DNA from: Vitrella brassicaformis CCMP3155
Lineage: Eukaryota > Protista > Chromerida
Direction of reading: 5' to 3'
DNA length: 64,000 nucleotides
Assembly (NCBI GenBank): GCA_001179505.1
Contig: CDMY01000254.1
Coordinates: forward strand, 1 to 64,000
Both the position numbers and the translations under genes were made by a program. Below, piece after piece: positions 1 to 11,149 of the stretch. Below the pieces are notes generated by a model that made no database searches, was not told the DNA's origin, and worked only from the letters and a program-made list of their open reading frames with translations. How positions within the stretch are numbered: position 1 is the first letter of the stretch; each line of letters starts with the position of its first letter.

Positions 1-994
1 TGCATTAGTGGCTACCTGCATGCATAGAGTTGCGCTGCACTGTTGCGGCGACAGATGGAGAGCTGAGACATAGACGTGGCAGCGAAAGTCGGTCGTGAGA
101 CGTCACGGTTCAAGGGTGTGTCAGTGTACAGACAATGCATGCCCGTCCATTGCCCTTCTTGTTCTGACTGGCACTGGTTTGCGCCGGCAAGCGCTAAATA
201 CAAAGTGACTGACTGAGGAGCCGTCTGAGACTTGTACGCGATGATTGGGGTTTGTAAGTGAAGCGAGAGAGATACTCAGATACTCTGCTTACTCGGTATG
301 CCGACCGACCGACCGAAACACATTCACCCTGTCCTATCCAGTCAGTTGATTGATCGGTTGAATGATTGATTGACTGGTTGATTAATTGATTGGTTCTTGT
401 ACGTACAAGCCCCGACTGTCTGTCTCTGTGAATGCTCGGCTGCATCTGCCGATACTGTCTGGCTGTTTGTCTGTATGAATTATGTATTCATGTCTCTATG
501 TGTTGTGTGTAAATCTTATGTCTGTCTTATGTGTGCGTGCGTGTATGTGTGTAAGTGTGAAGGCAAATGGACTGTGTGGACATTACAAACGAGTGTTATC
601 TAGTTCGATGTGTGAAGGACATTGGTTTGCAAGAGAGGAACATGGCAAGGAAGATGTGATTCAACGGGTTGCAACCCACAAGTTTAAATCATCCTTTCTT
701 TGCGGCGTTTAAAATGCGTTCCTTGTTTGTCTGATTTCTTCAAAATTTCTTCTTTAGTTTGTATTTGTTTGCGTTGTTTTAAAAGCTTTTCGGCGATTTG
801 CCGGTTTTTAAATATATTTTGGCACATTTGGGACGTTTTAAAGAATGTGCGATCAGGGGAGGAGGTTTGGATGGGGTGTCATCACTTCTTCGCGGATAAT
901 CACACAAGAGATCGTGCTCGCAACGGATGAAATAACCTAAACGGAGCAGAGAATGTAAAAAACGGGTATATGGATGCCGTAATTAGAGCCCGGA

Positions 995-3000
995 TTACTT
1001 CGATGCACCGGAAGGAGACATCTCGCTCCTCTTAAATTCGGGAACGGATTTCGAAGCTGGGGCAGTGTCAGGCGTGGGAAGGGCCCTCCGTGGTGGATCA
1101 TCAAGGTGTCGGCTTTCCGTCAAACCTCTACATTCTCTCCTTGTTGGGTCTTTGTTTAGCACGTAGGCCTTTACACAAGTGAGCAGAGCATCTTTTTCCC
1201 TCTCTGACAAACCCCAATCATCGCAAGAAGCCGTCTCTCAGAGTGTCTCAGACGACTCTTTAGTATTTTTTAGTTGGTCACACCATGTGGTCTACTGGCA
1301 GAACTGAAATCGTGGTTATTGCAGAAGAGACTTGACACTTGACAACGGCACACAAAGAACAGCTCTCAGGCACAGAACACTGTGCACCTTTCGGCTTTCA
1401 CACGGGCCTGGCCGGGGGTGGCGCTCAACGGAGGGCGAGCTGAAGCACATATGCATGAGTGGCTGCAAAAGAACAGAGCGGGGTGCGAAATCGTGCCTGA
1501 CGGGATCCACACGTTTGACAACCGACGATGCACACCGTTTGGTGGTTGGGGTGCGTAAACCTTTATTGGGCTGGTTCTCCTTTTGAGGCGAAGAGAGCGA
1601 CGGCCACATGCGTGAGGACCGAGCCGGGAGAGGTGTATCCAGATTACAGTTTGGGATTATTGACGGCTGTGTAGACTGGCGGCGGAGAGCGATGGCCGCT
1701 TGTAGTGTGAACACAGCACAGCGAGATGCATCATGCCTTGACACAATCGTGCTGGTTTAGGTCCACAGCTGTGCCCACGTTCGGTGCCTAGTTCTCTTTC
1801 TCAAGACGGCGCAGAGCAATGGCGGCTGGCGTGCAGACACAGCATGACGGGATGTATCTAGATGTATCAGACATACATGCTTTTGCGTCGAATGAATGAG
1901 AGTCTCGAGAGAAATCAGCAGAATCCTCAAATTCCGTGTATCCGACACCAGTGGTCGCCACCTTTTACCCGAACGACAGGGCGCAATTGCGACTAGAAGC
2001 AGACTCGTCTCTGGCAGCGTCCGTGCGCACGCATATATTTCATCTACCAGATCGACCTTGAAGCGTGTGCAAGGAGATTGCGGTTGAGTTAGCGGTGGCC
2101 TACAGACACTCACAGAGGTACTGTGTGAGGCGAGAGCCACCTATCTAGAAGATGGGAAGATTGAGAGCAGCCACGTGTGCACGGACATCACGACTCGTGA
2201 GGACTGTACACCCTCACGTGGCCGTGAATATCCGCATGGCCTGCAGTCTCTCTTGTGATTCGAGAAACTGACACAGAGCAGTTCTCATGCAGGGCTGTTC
2301 TATCTGACTCAGCAAGCTGGCATGCATGTTTGCCACGTCATGTGCTTCTAATGCCTCGCTCACCTGTACGGTCAAGAGGGGGAGACAGAGAAGCCAACAC
2401 AGGCAAGCAAACCCACCATCAGTGACCGTATAGGCAAGAAAAAGAGCGAAAAAGGCACACACAAAAGGCGCCGAGAAAAGGTAAGCAATAGAAATGAAGG
2501 CGCTATCGACCTTCAGGTAAGTAGCTGATGTCTGTGACAGCAGAGCGACCCAAGAATGGTCAGCTCAAGCTCCAGACACGTCAGCACCATGGTCTTCAGG
2601 ATGCTTGCGTGGCGCTTCGTCACAAGCCCTGAAGCCAACAAAAGAAACAAACACAATTGACACATGCTTACGTGTGTGTGTGTGTGTATGTGTATCTTCT
2701 GCCGCAGCCGAGTCTGGACCTAGAGAAGGACAGACAGGCAGGGAAAGGCAGACAGATGAGGCAGACAGCCAGGAAAGGCACACTTACATGTTCATGATGT
2801 GCATGCGAGTGCCGTGCCAAGCCGCGTGGTGATGCGGAGGTGGTAGCAAGAGCACAAGATGCCTCCCATCTCTCCAAGCGTCATCCGCATCGCTTGACGA
2901 GCTGCTGTGAGCTGACAAACAGCCGAAAAAGCACCTCGTCTGTTTCTTTCTCGATGATCTCGCTGACCGCCAACACCTCATGCTGAGCGCTCGACAGCAA
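995..3000 (-). CDS. Probable multi-exon gene of unknown function; boundaries uncertain
   Basis: Several minus-strand ORF segments look like exons (995-1210, 1316-1744 with SPQKENQP, 1757-2140, 2214-2462) and strong GTAAGT/GTAAGC donors occur near 2788 and 2672. No family recognised and no consistent splice path established. Confidence 0.3.
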
Positions 3001-3149
3001 CGACAAGCAAAAGCTGACGAGCGAGAGGGGGAATTAGAGCGGAGACCGAGTTACACGGGCGAGATCTACGAGACATGATTTGTGATGCGCGTGGACTCAA
3101 GCTTGCGTGTCCATGAGACCTCCGTCGTCACTGAATGCTTCTTTCGGCT

Positions 3150-4100
3150 TCGTCACATTCCTACTCGCTACCCCGAGCTACTGCTGATACTCCAACTTTT
3201 CCCCTGACGAACGCGGAGTAACGCGGAGCGAGTCCCGACCCCCCGACGGAGGAGGGCAACTCATACGAAACAAAGTGTGTGTTTGTCCGTAATTGGGGCC
3301 AAGCTAGCACTTCCTTCAGTTCCGTGGGGGCTTCGCGCGAGCTTGGGGGCTTTGCAGGCACTTCGCAAAACGCACGGGCGAACGCGTAGCGAGTCCCGCC
3401 AGCCCGACGGAGGAGGGAAATTTCATGGTTTAGTGTGTACCCTTTCGATCCTGGCAGTTTTGTAAGGTGTCCCTTTCCGATCGCCTTCCGTTACGAGTGG
3501 GCCCCTACCCCCTCGTACCCGTTCGTCGACCCACGTTCGCGGGAGGTTCCATCGAAATGTCGTTATCCTCACGATGCCGATTTCAGGGTATGCAGTGGCC
3601 CATTCTTTCCGAAAGCGAGAGTAACGCGCCGGTTCTCCCTCAGCTTCAGGCAATGTCATAACGTACGCACGACGTCTACTGTATGGCATAGATTCATGAT
3701 CCTCGGAGAATCCACAGTCATTTTTGAAACCAGCCGGAGAGCGAATTATTTGCTTCACCTCTTCAAGGGCAAGCGGACGTAGAGAGAATCTAGTGGGTAA
3801 AGACGTCGTCGGGATTTCCCAAGTCTTTACGTACTGGCGCACCGGCACTTGCATTTGGGTGTTTCAAAACTACTTGCCACCGGCCGCCTTCGGCGGCCAT
3901 GCGCTCGCAAGAGTCTGCCGCAATCTGCCGCGGTCACGCTGAAATCTGTGAAAGCCTTGCGAAAGCGGTGGGTTGCGTTGCATCCGGTGCTTCCTTCTCC
4001 GGACTCGTGATTTTCTATGGACTCACACAGACCCTTTCTTGCGTACCCCTTCGGGGGGCCGGGGGGCAAGGTCCCCGTGAGGTTAACGAACGAACGAACG
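3150..4100. mobile_element. Unexplained intronless segment, possibly a mobile or foreign element: 143-aa ORF (3423-3854, -), 40-bp direct repeats and GC hairpins
   Basis: Imperfect 40-bp direct repeat at 3220-3259 and 3381-3420; hairpin GGCCGCC-TTC-GGCGGCC at 3882-3898; CCCC-TTC-GGGG at 4046-4056; no intron-like microsatellites, unlike neighbouring genes. Confidence 0.3.
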
Positions 4101-4361
4101 TGTTTGTGAATCTGTGTTTGTTCCACCGACCCGAACACAAAAAAAAACTTCCCGCTCATTCCGACACACGAAAAAGCTTCCTCCTGTTCATTCCGGGATC
4201 AGCGCTCCAAAATGCCAGCTCACCTCCTCACGCATCTGTCTGTATTCGTTTTGGGGTGAAGAACTGCGCGAAACGCTTTCAGTAGCTCGCACAGCTGTGC
4301 GCAGAAGATTGCGTGGTCCAAGCAGAAAAAAGAAAAGACCAGATCGTTGTGAGACCTGAAG

Positions 4362-4963
4362 ATGGGGCGAATGTACGGGAAGAGCAAGGGCATCAGCAAG
4401 TCGGCGCTTCCGTATCGCCGTCGTGCACCGAGCTGGCAGAAGATGAAGCCAGAGGAGCTCACCGACCAAGTGTGCAAGCTCGCCAAGAAGGGCCAGACGC
4501 CGTCGCAAATCGGTGTTTTCTTGAGGGACAGCAAGGGCATCCCGCAGGTTAAGGCCATCAGCGGCAACAAGATCCTCCGAATCCTCAAGATGAACGGTAG
4601 GGGGAGCAGGGGGGAAGAAGGGAGGACGGGAGGCAAGCAGGGAGGGAGCGAGGCACGCTCCACTGAGTCCTTGTGTGGTGCGTCAGGTCTGGCTCCCGAG
4701 CTGCCCGAGGATCTGTACCACATGATCAAGAAGGCTGTGGCGATGCGCAAGCACATTGAGCGCAACAGGAGCGACAACGACAGCAAATTCCGCCTCATCC
4801 TCGTCGAGTCCCGCATCCACCGCCTGGCGAGGTACTACAAGCGCGTCAAGCAACTCCCGCCCAACTGGAAATAGTAAGGCACCAAGTGCATACACAAGAC
4901 AGCGCCTGATGTGCACTGCTTCTGTGCAGCTCATCGTCAACTGCCTCTGCAATGGTGGCGTGA
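4362..4963 (+). CDS. RPS13: 40S ribosomal protein S13 (uS15), copy 1; exons 4362-4596, 4687-4873, 4930-4963
   Basis: [20 protein letters not shown]...[19 protein letters not shown]...[16 protein letters not shown]. Removing GT-AG introns 4597-4686 (90 nt) and 4874-4929 (56 nt) gives 456 nt = 151 aa + stop, the typical RPS13 length. Confidence 0.98.
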
Positions 4964-5081
4964 GCCATGGAGGGTGGATGCGTCGTGGCTCGGTGCGGCT
5001 GAAGCGGAGAATTTCCAAGCCTACAGGATGTGTGCGAGGACAGGGAATAATGAGGGGTATATGTGATGGACAGTGCATGAC

Positions 5082-5381
5082 NNNNNNNNNNNNNNNNNNN
5101 NNNNNNNNNNNNNNNNNNNNNNNNNNNNNNNNNNNNNNNNNNNNNNNNNNNNNNNNNNNNNNNNNNNNNNNNNNNNNNNNNNNNNNNNNNNNNNNNNNNN
5201 NNNNNNNNNNNNNNNNNNNNNNNNNNNNNNNNNNNNNNNNNNNNNNNNNNNNNNNNNNNNNNNNNNNNNNNNNNNNNNNNNNNNNNNNNNNNNNNNNNNN
5301 NNNNNNNNNNNNNNNNNNNNNNNNNNNNNNNNNNNNNNNNNNNNNNNNNNNNNNNNNNNNNNNNNNNNNNNNNNNNNNNNN
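5082..5381. other. Assembly gap (300 N)
   Basis: Run of N. Confidence 1.
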
Positions 5382-5546
5382 GATTACTCGAGACCGATCA
5401 CGACTCACCTCCTCACGCATCTGTCTGTATTCGTTTTGGGGTGAAGAACTGCGCGAAACGCTTTCAGTAGCTCGCACAGCTGTGCGCAGAAGATTGCGTG
5501 GTCCAAGCAGAAAAAAGAAAAGACCAGATCGTTGTGAGACCTGAAG

Positions 5547-6148
5547 ATGGGGCGAATGTACGGGAAGAGCAAGGGCATCAGCAAGTCGGCGCTTCCGTAT
5601 CGCCGTCGTGCACCGAGCTGGCAGAAGATGAAGCCAGAGGAGCTCACCGACCAAGTGTGCAAGCTCGCCAAGAAGGGCCAGACGCCGTCGCAAATCGGTG
5701 TTTTCTTGAGGGACAGCAAGGGCATCCCGCAGGTTAAGGCCATCAGCGGCAACAAGATCCTCCGAATCCTCAAGATGAACGGTAGGGGGAGCAGGGGGGA
5801 AGAAGGGAGGACGGGAGGCAAGCAGGGAGGGAGCGAGGCACGCTCCACTGAGTCCTTGTGTGGTGCGTCAGGTCTGGCTCCCGAGCTGCCCGAGGATCTG
5901 TACCACATGATCAAGAAGGCTGTGGCGATGCGCAAGCACATTGAGCGCAACAGGAGCGACAACGACAGCAAATTCCGCCTCATCCTCGTCGAGTCCCGCA
6001 TCCACCGCCTGGCGAGGTACTACAAGCGCGTCAAGCAACTCCCGCCCAACTGGAAATAGTAAGGCACCAAGTGCATACACAAGACAGCGCCTGATGTGCA
6101 CTGCTTCTGTGCAGCTCATCGTCAACTGCCTCTGCAATGGTGGCGTGA
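5547..6148 (+). CDS. RPS13: 40S ribosomal protein S13, copy 2 (apparently identical; probably an assembly duplicate)
   Basis: 5404-6266 repeats 4219-5081 at offset 1185, including introns and UTRs; I saw no differences. The two copies flank the gap. Confidence 0.85.
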
Positions 6149-6430
6149 GCCATGGAGGGTGGATGCGTCGTGGCTCGGTGCGGCTGAAGCGGAGAATTTC
6201 CAAGCCTACAGGATGTGTGCGAGGACAGGGAATAATGAGGGGTATATGTGATGGACAGTGCATGACGTGAATGCTGTTAAGTCGCACAGGACCATCACAT
6301 CGTCATTTGACAACCAAACATCGTCGTTCATCAACGAACGGACCACACGATATCCAAGCGAGAGGCAGAACGGAGATGTAGTGTGAGTCTGCGCATCCAT
6401 GCATCCCTCTGGCTGGCGATTCAGAACTAG

Positions 6431-8422
6431 TCATGCAGGCGCTCGGCGTTTGGCGCGTCGCTCACCCTCAGGCTCTCCCCCGGCTACCCGCTTGCCGTCC
6501 AGCCTTTGATCGATGATCGTGAAGGGGTTCCTCGCCACTGGTCTTGATGACCTGCTGTCTTCCTCGGCCGTGCTGTTCCCTGTCAGTCCATCCGTGAGAA
6601 GTCCGTCTGTGAGCAGGTTCCTCAGATCTCGAGGCTCGCCCGTTGCCATTTCAGCAGACGAACGATCATCATGGTGATGGGCCGCAAAAGCGGGTGCCGT
6701 TTCCTGAGCTGCTCGAGCTCTGTCGCCGAGGATGCGCTGGCGCTGTGTCGACGTGCTCCCTCTTGCCGCCAACGCATTTGCCTTGTCGAGGAGCTTCTGC
6801 ACAGCGGTGGTCCTCCCACTCAACGCTGTCGGTGGACGAGCCTTGTGGGGACGAGGAGAGTGGCCAGGCAGGAGAGGGGAGGGCTTGGACAGACGAGGGG
6901 AAGGGGACGGGGTGCCTCTCCTGAAGATGGACGAGGGCCCAGTCACGGCAGCTCGAATGCCGGCCGTCTGCAGCACCTTCGGGTTTTTGCTCTTGAGCTT
7001 CTCGGCCGCCGCATCCGCCAGTCGCTGCCCGGCGGCTTCTCTCTGAGATGGCTCTTGCATAGAGAAGCCCTGCATGCCCGACAGTCCGGGGGGTTCGTTG
7101 ACCGAGTCTCGGATGGCTTGGGCGGCGTCAAGCAGGAGAGGTGTAGATGCGATTTCGCCCCAGGTCATGAGCGGGGACTCGTCAGGTCCTTGGCCTGGAT
7201 GGAGGCGAGGGGTGGAGACCATCGCATACCCTCGATGAGATATCGGCGCGTCTGGAGCGGGGCTCTGGACTGGTGCTCCCTTCACACGTGACGATGGAAC
7301 CTGCCGAAGACACAAGCGAAGCCAGGTGGGCAGTGCACTTCCGGATGAGTCCGTCCGTCCGCTTCTTGTCCCACCTGTCCTGAGCGCACGATGTCGTTCA
7401 TGGCTTTCTCATGGTCCTTCGCACGAACCTGGGCGTGCATGCGAGCAGCCTGACGTGCCTCTGCATCATCCTTCTCCTGCATACAACGCGAATGAGAAGA
7501 CATGCATGGCACTGCTCATTTGGCCGCTCACCTGCAGGGCTGTCGGGAAGCGCGTGTTTCGATTCTTGATCTCACGATCAAGCGCAGCGACCTTGCTTGA
7601 TAGCTGGCCCTCATCCGTCCTCCCCACCAGGCCCCTCTCTTCCACCCCCCCCTCGCTAGAGTGTTCTTGAGGATAGAACATAAGAGCATTACGCGCCTGG
7701 TGCTTTGTGTACTGGAGGTCCTTGATGACCTTGCCGTCCCCCTCACCCCTGCCCGCTCGGTCGACGCTGTCCTGCAGCTGCAGGTGTCTCGTGTTGTGGT
7801 ACCTCATGCATTCCTCTATCCACCACTCCTTGTCCGTCAGCTGCTGTTTCTCCTGGGCTATGATTCGCTCGAACGATGCATTGTCTTCGCTCGTGTAGTG
7901 CCGCTGAAACTTGTCCAGGCGAACGTGGGGGGTGACCTCCACCGTGCGGCCATCCACAAGTGTCAGCTTCTTCACTCCCTCTTGTTGCCGGTGCTGCATC
8001 GTCGTGCTGCGTTCCGCAGCGATAGATGTCGGCTTCGCCCGTCCGGCAGCGACCGATTGCGCCTCGTCCATGTGCCTTCTCTCCTTCATTTCTTGATAAC
8101 TTGGTGTTCCGGCCACACTGGCAGGCGTCATCTGCTGAAGTCGCTGGTGAGCGGCCATCACATCCTGCTCGGAGGCAGCAGGGTCCCTCTGGAGGTCGAG
8201 AAGCGCCCGCATCGCTCGTAACTTGGGCAAGTCGGGAAAAAAGTCGCGCTCGATGATCTCAGAGATCATGGACGTGTAGTCGTCTTCGCTGAGCACACGG
8301 GAGGGAATCCGCGGAAGAGGGTGCGGGTTGGGCACAGCAACAGCAAGGTTCGATGCCAGAGAGTTCGCATCTCTTGCGACGATGCGCTCTTCAGCGCTGC
8401 TTATCATTGGATGTACAAACAA
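6431..8422 (-). CDS. ESS2: Splicing factor ESS2/DGCR14 (nuclear protein Es2)
   Basis: VLSEDDYTSMISEIIERDFFPDLPKL, LDKFQRHYTSEDNASFERII, RNALMFYP, IKNRNTRF and SPLMTWGEIASTPL motifs; ORFs 7466-8422 and 6431-7315 are linked through a small exon at ~7370-7470. Confidence 0.93.
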
Positions 8423-8564
8423 CTAACGCACTGGAAAGGCGCGATGTTTGATACACGGTGAAACGCTCAATTGGAAACGCTGAGCCAGAACTCAAAACTG
8501 GCGGATGATGTTTCGAGGCTATAGACACGGAAGCATGGGCGACCAGCACGTCTGATCTAGAGTG

Positions 8565-11096
8565 ATGTTGTTGATCTTTTGCTTCCTAGGCCTCGTGCTC
8601 ATCGACGCTGCTGCACTTCCGAAAGGCGTGCCTCACACGATTGGTAGGAGGGCTGATGGACGCTGTGATCTGTGTACGCTCGTTGTTCTCACTTCCTCAG
8701 ATAAGTATCGTCCCGTGCAGAGCAACCAGTATCGCTGCTACGTGTCCGATGAGCTGATTGACTTCAGCTTCGTTAACGATGATTTCTGTGACTGCCTTGA
8801 CGGCACTGACGAGCCTGGCACGGCGGCGTGTGCGGGCAGTCCAAGCGTGGCCGCCTTCTGGCACGCACACGGCGAGGAGGCTGCTTTTTCTTCTACATTC
8901 TACTGTCCACAAAAGGGTTCGAAGCCCAAGGTGGTCCCTGCATCAGAGGTCAACGATGGAGTCTGCGGTGAGTAATCAGTGATGAGACTGCACGAGGTGC
9001 AGTAGTGTTGGCTCGTTTCTATGCTGGTTGCAGATTGCTGTGACGGGTCTGACGAATGGCAGGGCCTGACCCCGTGCAAGAACACATGCTGGGACGAGGG
9101 AGCCCTTTTTCGTCAGCGCAAGCAACAGATCGAGCAAGGCATCGCCAGGCGTGAACGTTTCGTTAAAGAGGGCCATACGGTCCTTGCAAGCGTCAAGGCC
9201 GAGCTGGAAAAGGAGAAGGCAACCCTTCCACAACACGAGGCTACGCTCAAGGAACTCGAAAGTACGTGCATCGCACGTTCGTGTGGATGGAACACCAACT
9301 ACCGTGTCTGTATTCCTGTTGCCGCAGAGGAGGAGGATGAGTTGAAGCGGCTTGAGGCCGAAAAGAAGGCCAAAGAGCGAAAGAAGGAAGAGGAAGGGGA
9401 GAGCCAGGAACAACAGCAGCCACTGCAGTCAGAGGAAGAAGCCCTCCCACCCGTCAGCAATGTCGAACCCGCCACGCAAGCCGAGGAGCCCTCTCCCTCC
9501 CCTCCAACCCTTCCCCCTGCCCCTGCCTCTCCCCCCGTCCAGCAGGACGACGACCTGGATGCGCTTGACGACGATGAGGTTCCGACGGACTGCCACGAGT
9601 GGGGGGAGGACGGCAAGTGTCACGACAAGGACCACGAGCACGATGAAGACGAGGAGGGCTTAATCGGAGAGGAGGACGAGATGGACGAGGACGAGTACTA
9701 TGAAGAGGGGGAGGACAGAGAGTGGGAGGATTCGAGAAGGCGAGCTGAGGGCAGTCCCGAGAACGCTACAGGTGAGTGGCCAGGATAGTGCCGTTCGATG
9801 CGTGCATGGAAGTGTGCATGTATTGGGCGGGGAGAGAGGACGAGAGAGAGAAAGAGAGAGAGACAGAGAGAGAGTGAAGACGCGAAGACGCGGGTCAGTC
9901 GTTTTCAGAGCTGATCCTTTGTAGCTCCCGTACGTCTCTGTGCTGCCCTGTCAGATCTAGGCCGTCTACATAGGGGCTTTGTGTTTTATGTCTTTGTGTA
10001 GGTGCGCTGGGCTGGTTGAGGCAGTGGCGCGTCGTGCGGTGGCTGATGAGCATAGGCACAAAAGTCAAAGAACAAGTCAAGGACACGGCCACTCGACTCA
10101 CTGCCTCCAAGCCACGCACAGGCACGTCACTGACTAGCTTGTACTGTGTCGTGTTGTATTCTATGTACTGTACCACACTGCGTGGGCTGCCGTGAACATT
10201 CTCATGCTGTCACGACGTCATCGGTTTGTTTTGGGCATTGGGTATTCTGTGTCGTGTTCAGAGCTCGACAAGATTCGCACCAAGGTGTCGGACACCCGTC
10301 ACCACGTCACTGAAGCCAAGAAAAAGATCGACCACCTTGAGAAGAAAGCGAAAGACCTCGGTAAGGGAGCCTCTGCGTTATTTCGTCTTGTGCGCTCGCG
10401 TGTCTGTGCAGAGAGCAAGCCTGAGTATGCGCATCTGTATCACAAGTGTGTCGAGACAAATTCAGACGGGTAAGAACGTGACACACGTTACGTGCTTAAC
10501 GATGTTTCTTTGCCAGTTACGTTTACGAGGTCTGCTTCTTCAAGGATGCTCACCAGAAGAAAGACCATCATAGCACCAATCTTGGGTGAGTTTTGCATGC
10601 TGACCAACCAGGTGCACAGCGTGCTACTCATTTGCGTGCTATTATACCTTGTGCTCGCAGCCGCCGATGGAAGTGGGATATCAGTACCGGGAATCTTGAC
10701 GAGGACGTCATGCTCCTGGAGGGAGGGCAGAGCTGCTGGAACGGCCCTGCGCGGTCACTAAAGGTATGCATCGACGCCGTCATTTGAAATGTCTGCAGAG
10801 CTGCCAGCAATCTCCCACCTCAGGTTCGTTTCGTGTGTGGCATTGAAGAGAAGCTCCAAAACGTAAGCGAGAAGACACATTAACTGACGCGGATCACTCA
10901 GGCACGAACCATTAGGTATCGGAGCCGTCAAGGTGTGTATATGAGGTCAACATGATGTCACCGGCGGCATGCAGACCTCATCACGTAAGACACGTAAAGG
11001 CATGAGCACGTCACATATAGCACTTTCCATTTCGTGCAGTTGGACGAGTTCAAATTCCTTGGTGATTCATCGCAGCAGCAACATGATGAACTCTAG
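8565..11096 (+). CDS. PRKCSH: Glucosidase II beta subunit (PRKCSH-like), multi-exon
   Basis: Signal peptide MLLIFCFLGLVLIDAAA; NDDFCDCLDGTDEPGTAAC and VNDGVC|DCCDGSDE motifs; acidic coiled coil; MRH-like region (EGGQSCWNGPARS); C-terminal QQHDEL* at 11096 (ER retention). Confidence 0.93.
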
Positions 11097-11149
11097 CGAC
11101 TAGTGTGTGTCTGTGTATTCTTGAGTTTTGGTGCGGTTTCTTCGGTTTT

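Noticed and set aside
3423-3854. Calling the orphan ORF a Rep/HUH protein or transposase
   Set aside because: No HUH, YxxK, DDE or Walker motif is visible.
4597-4929. Intronic snoRNA (U14-type, as in vertebrate RPS13 introns)
   Set aside because: Introns are only 90 and 56 nt and I saw no C/D box pair.
4683-5693. Long ORFs spanning the N gaps (also 38737-39315)
   Set aside because: Artefacts of translating N as X.
4362-6148. Genuine RPS13 gene duplication
   Set aside because: Apparently identical copies, including introns, on either side of an N gap fit an unmerged overlap better.
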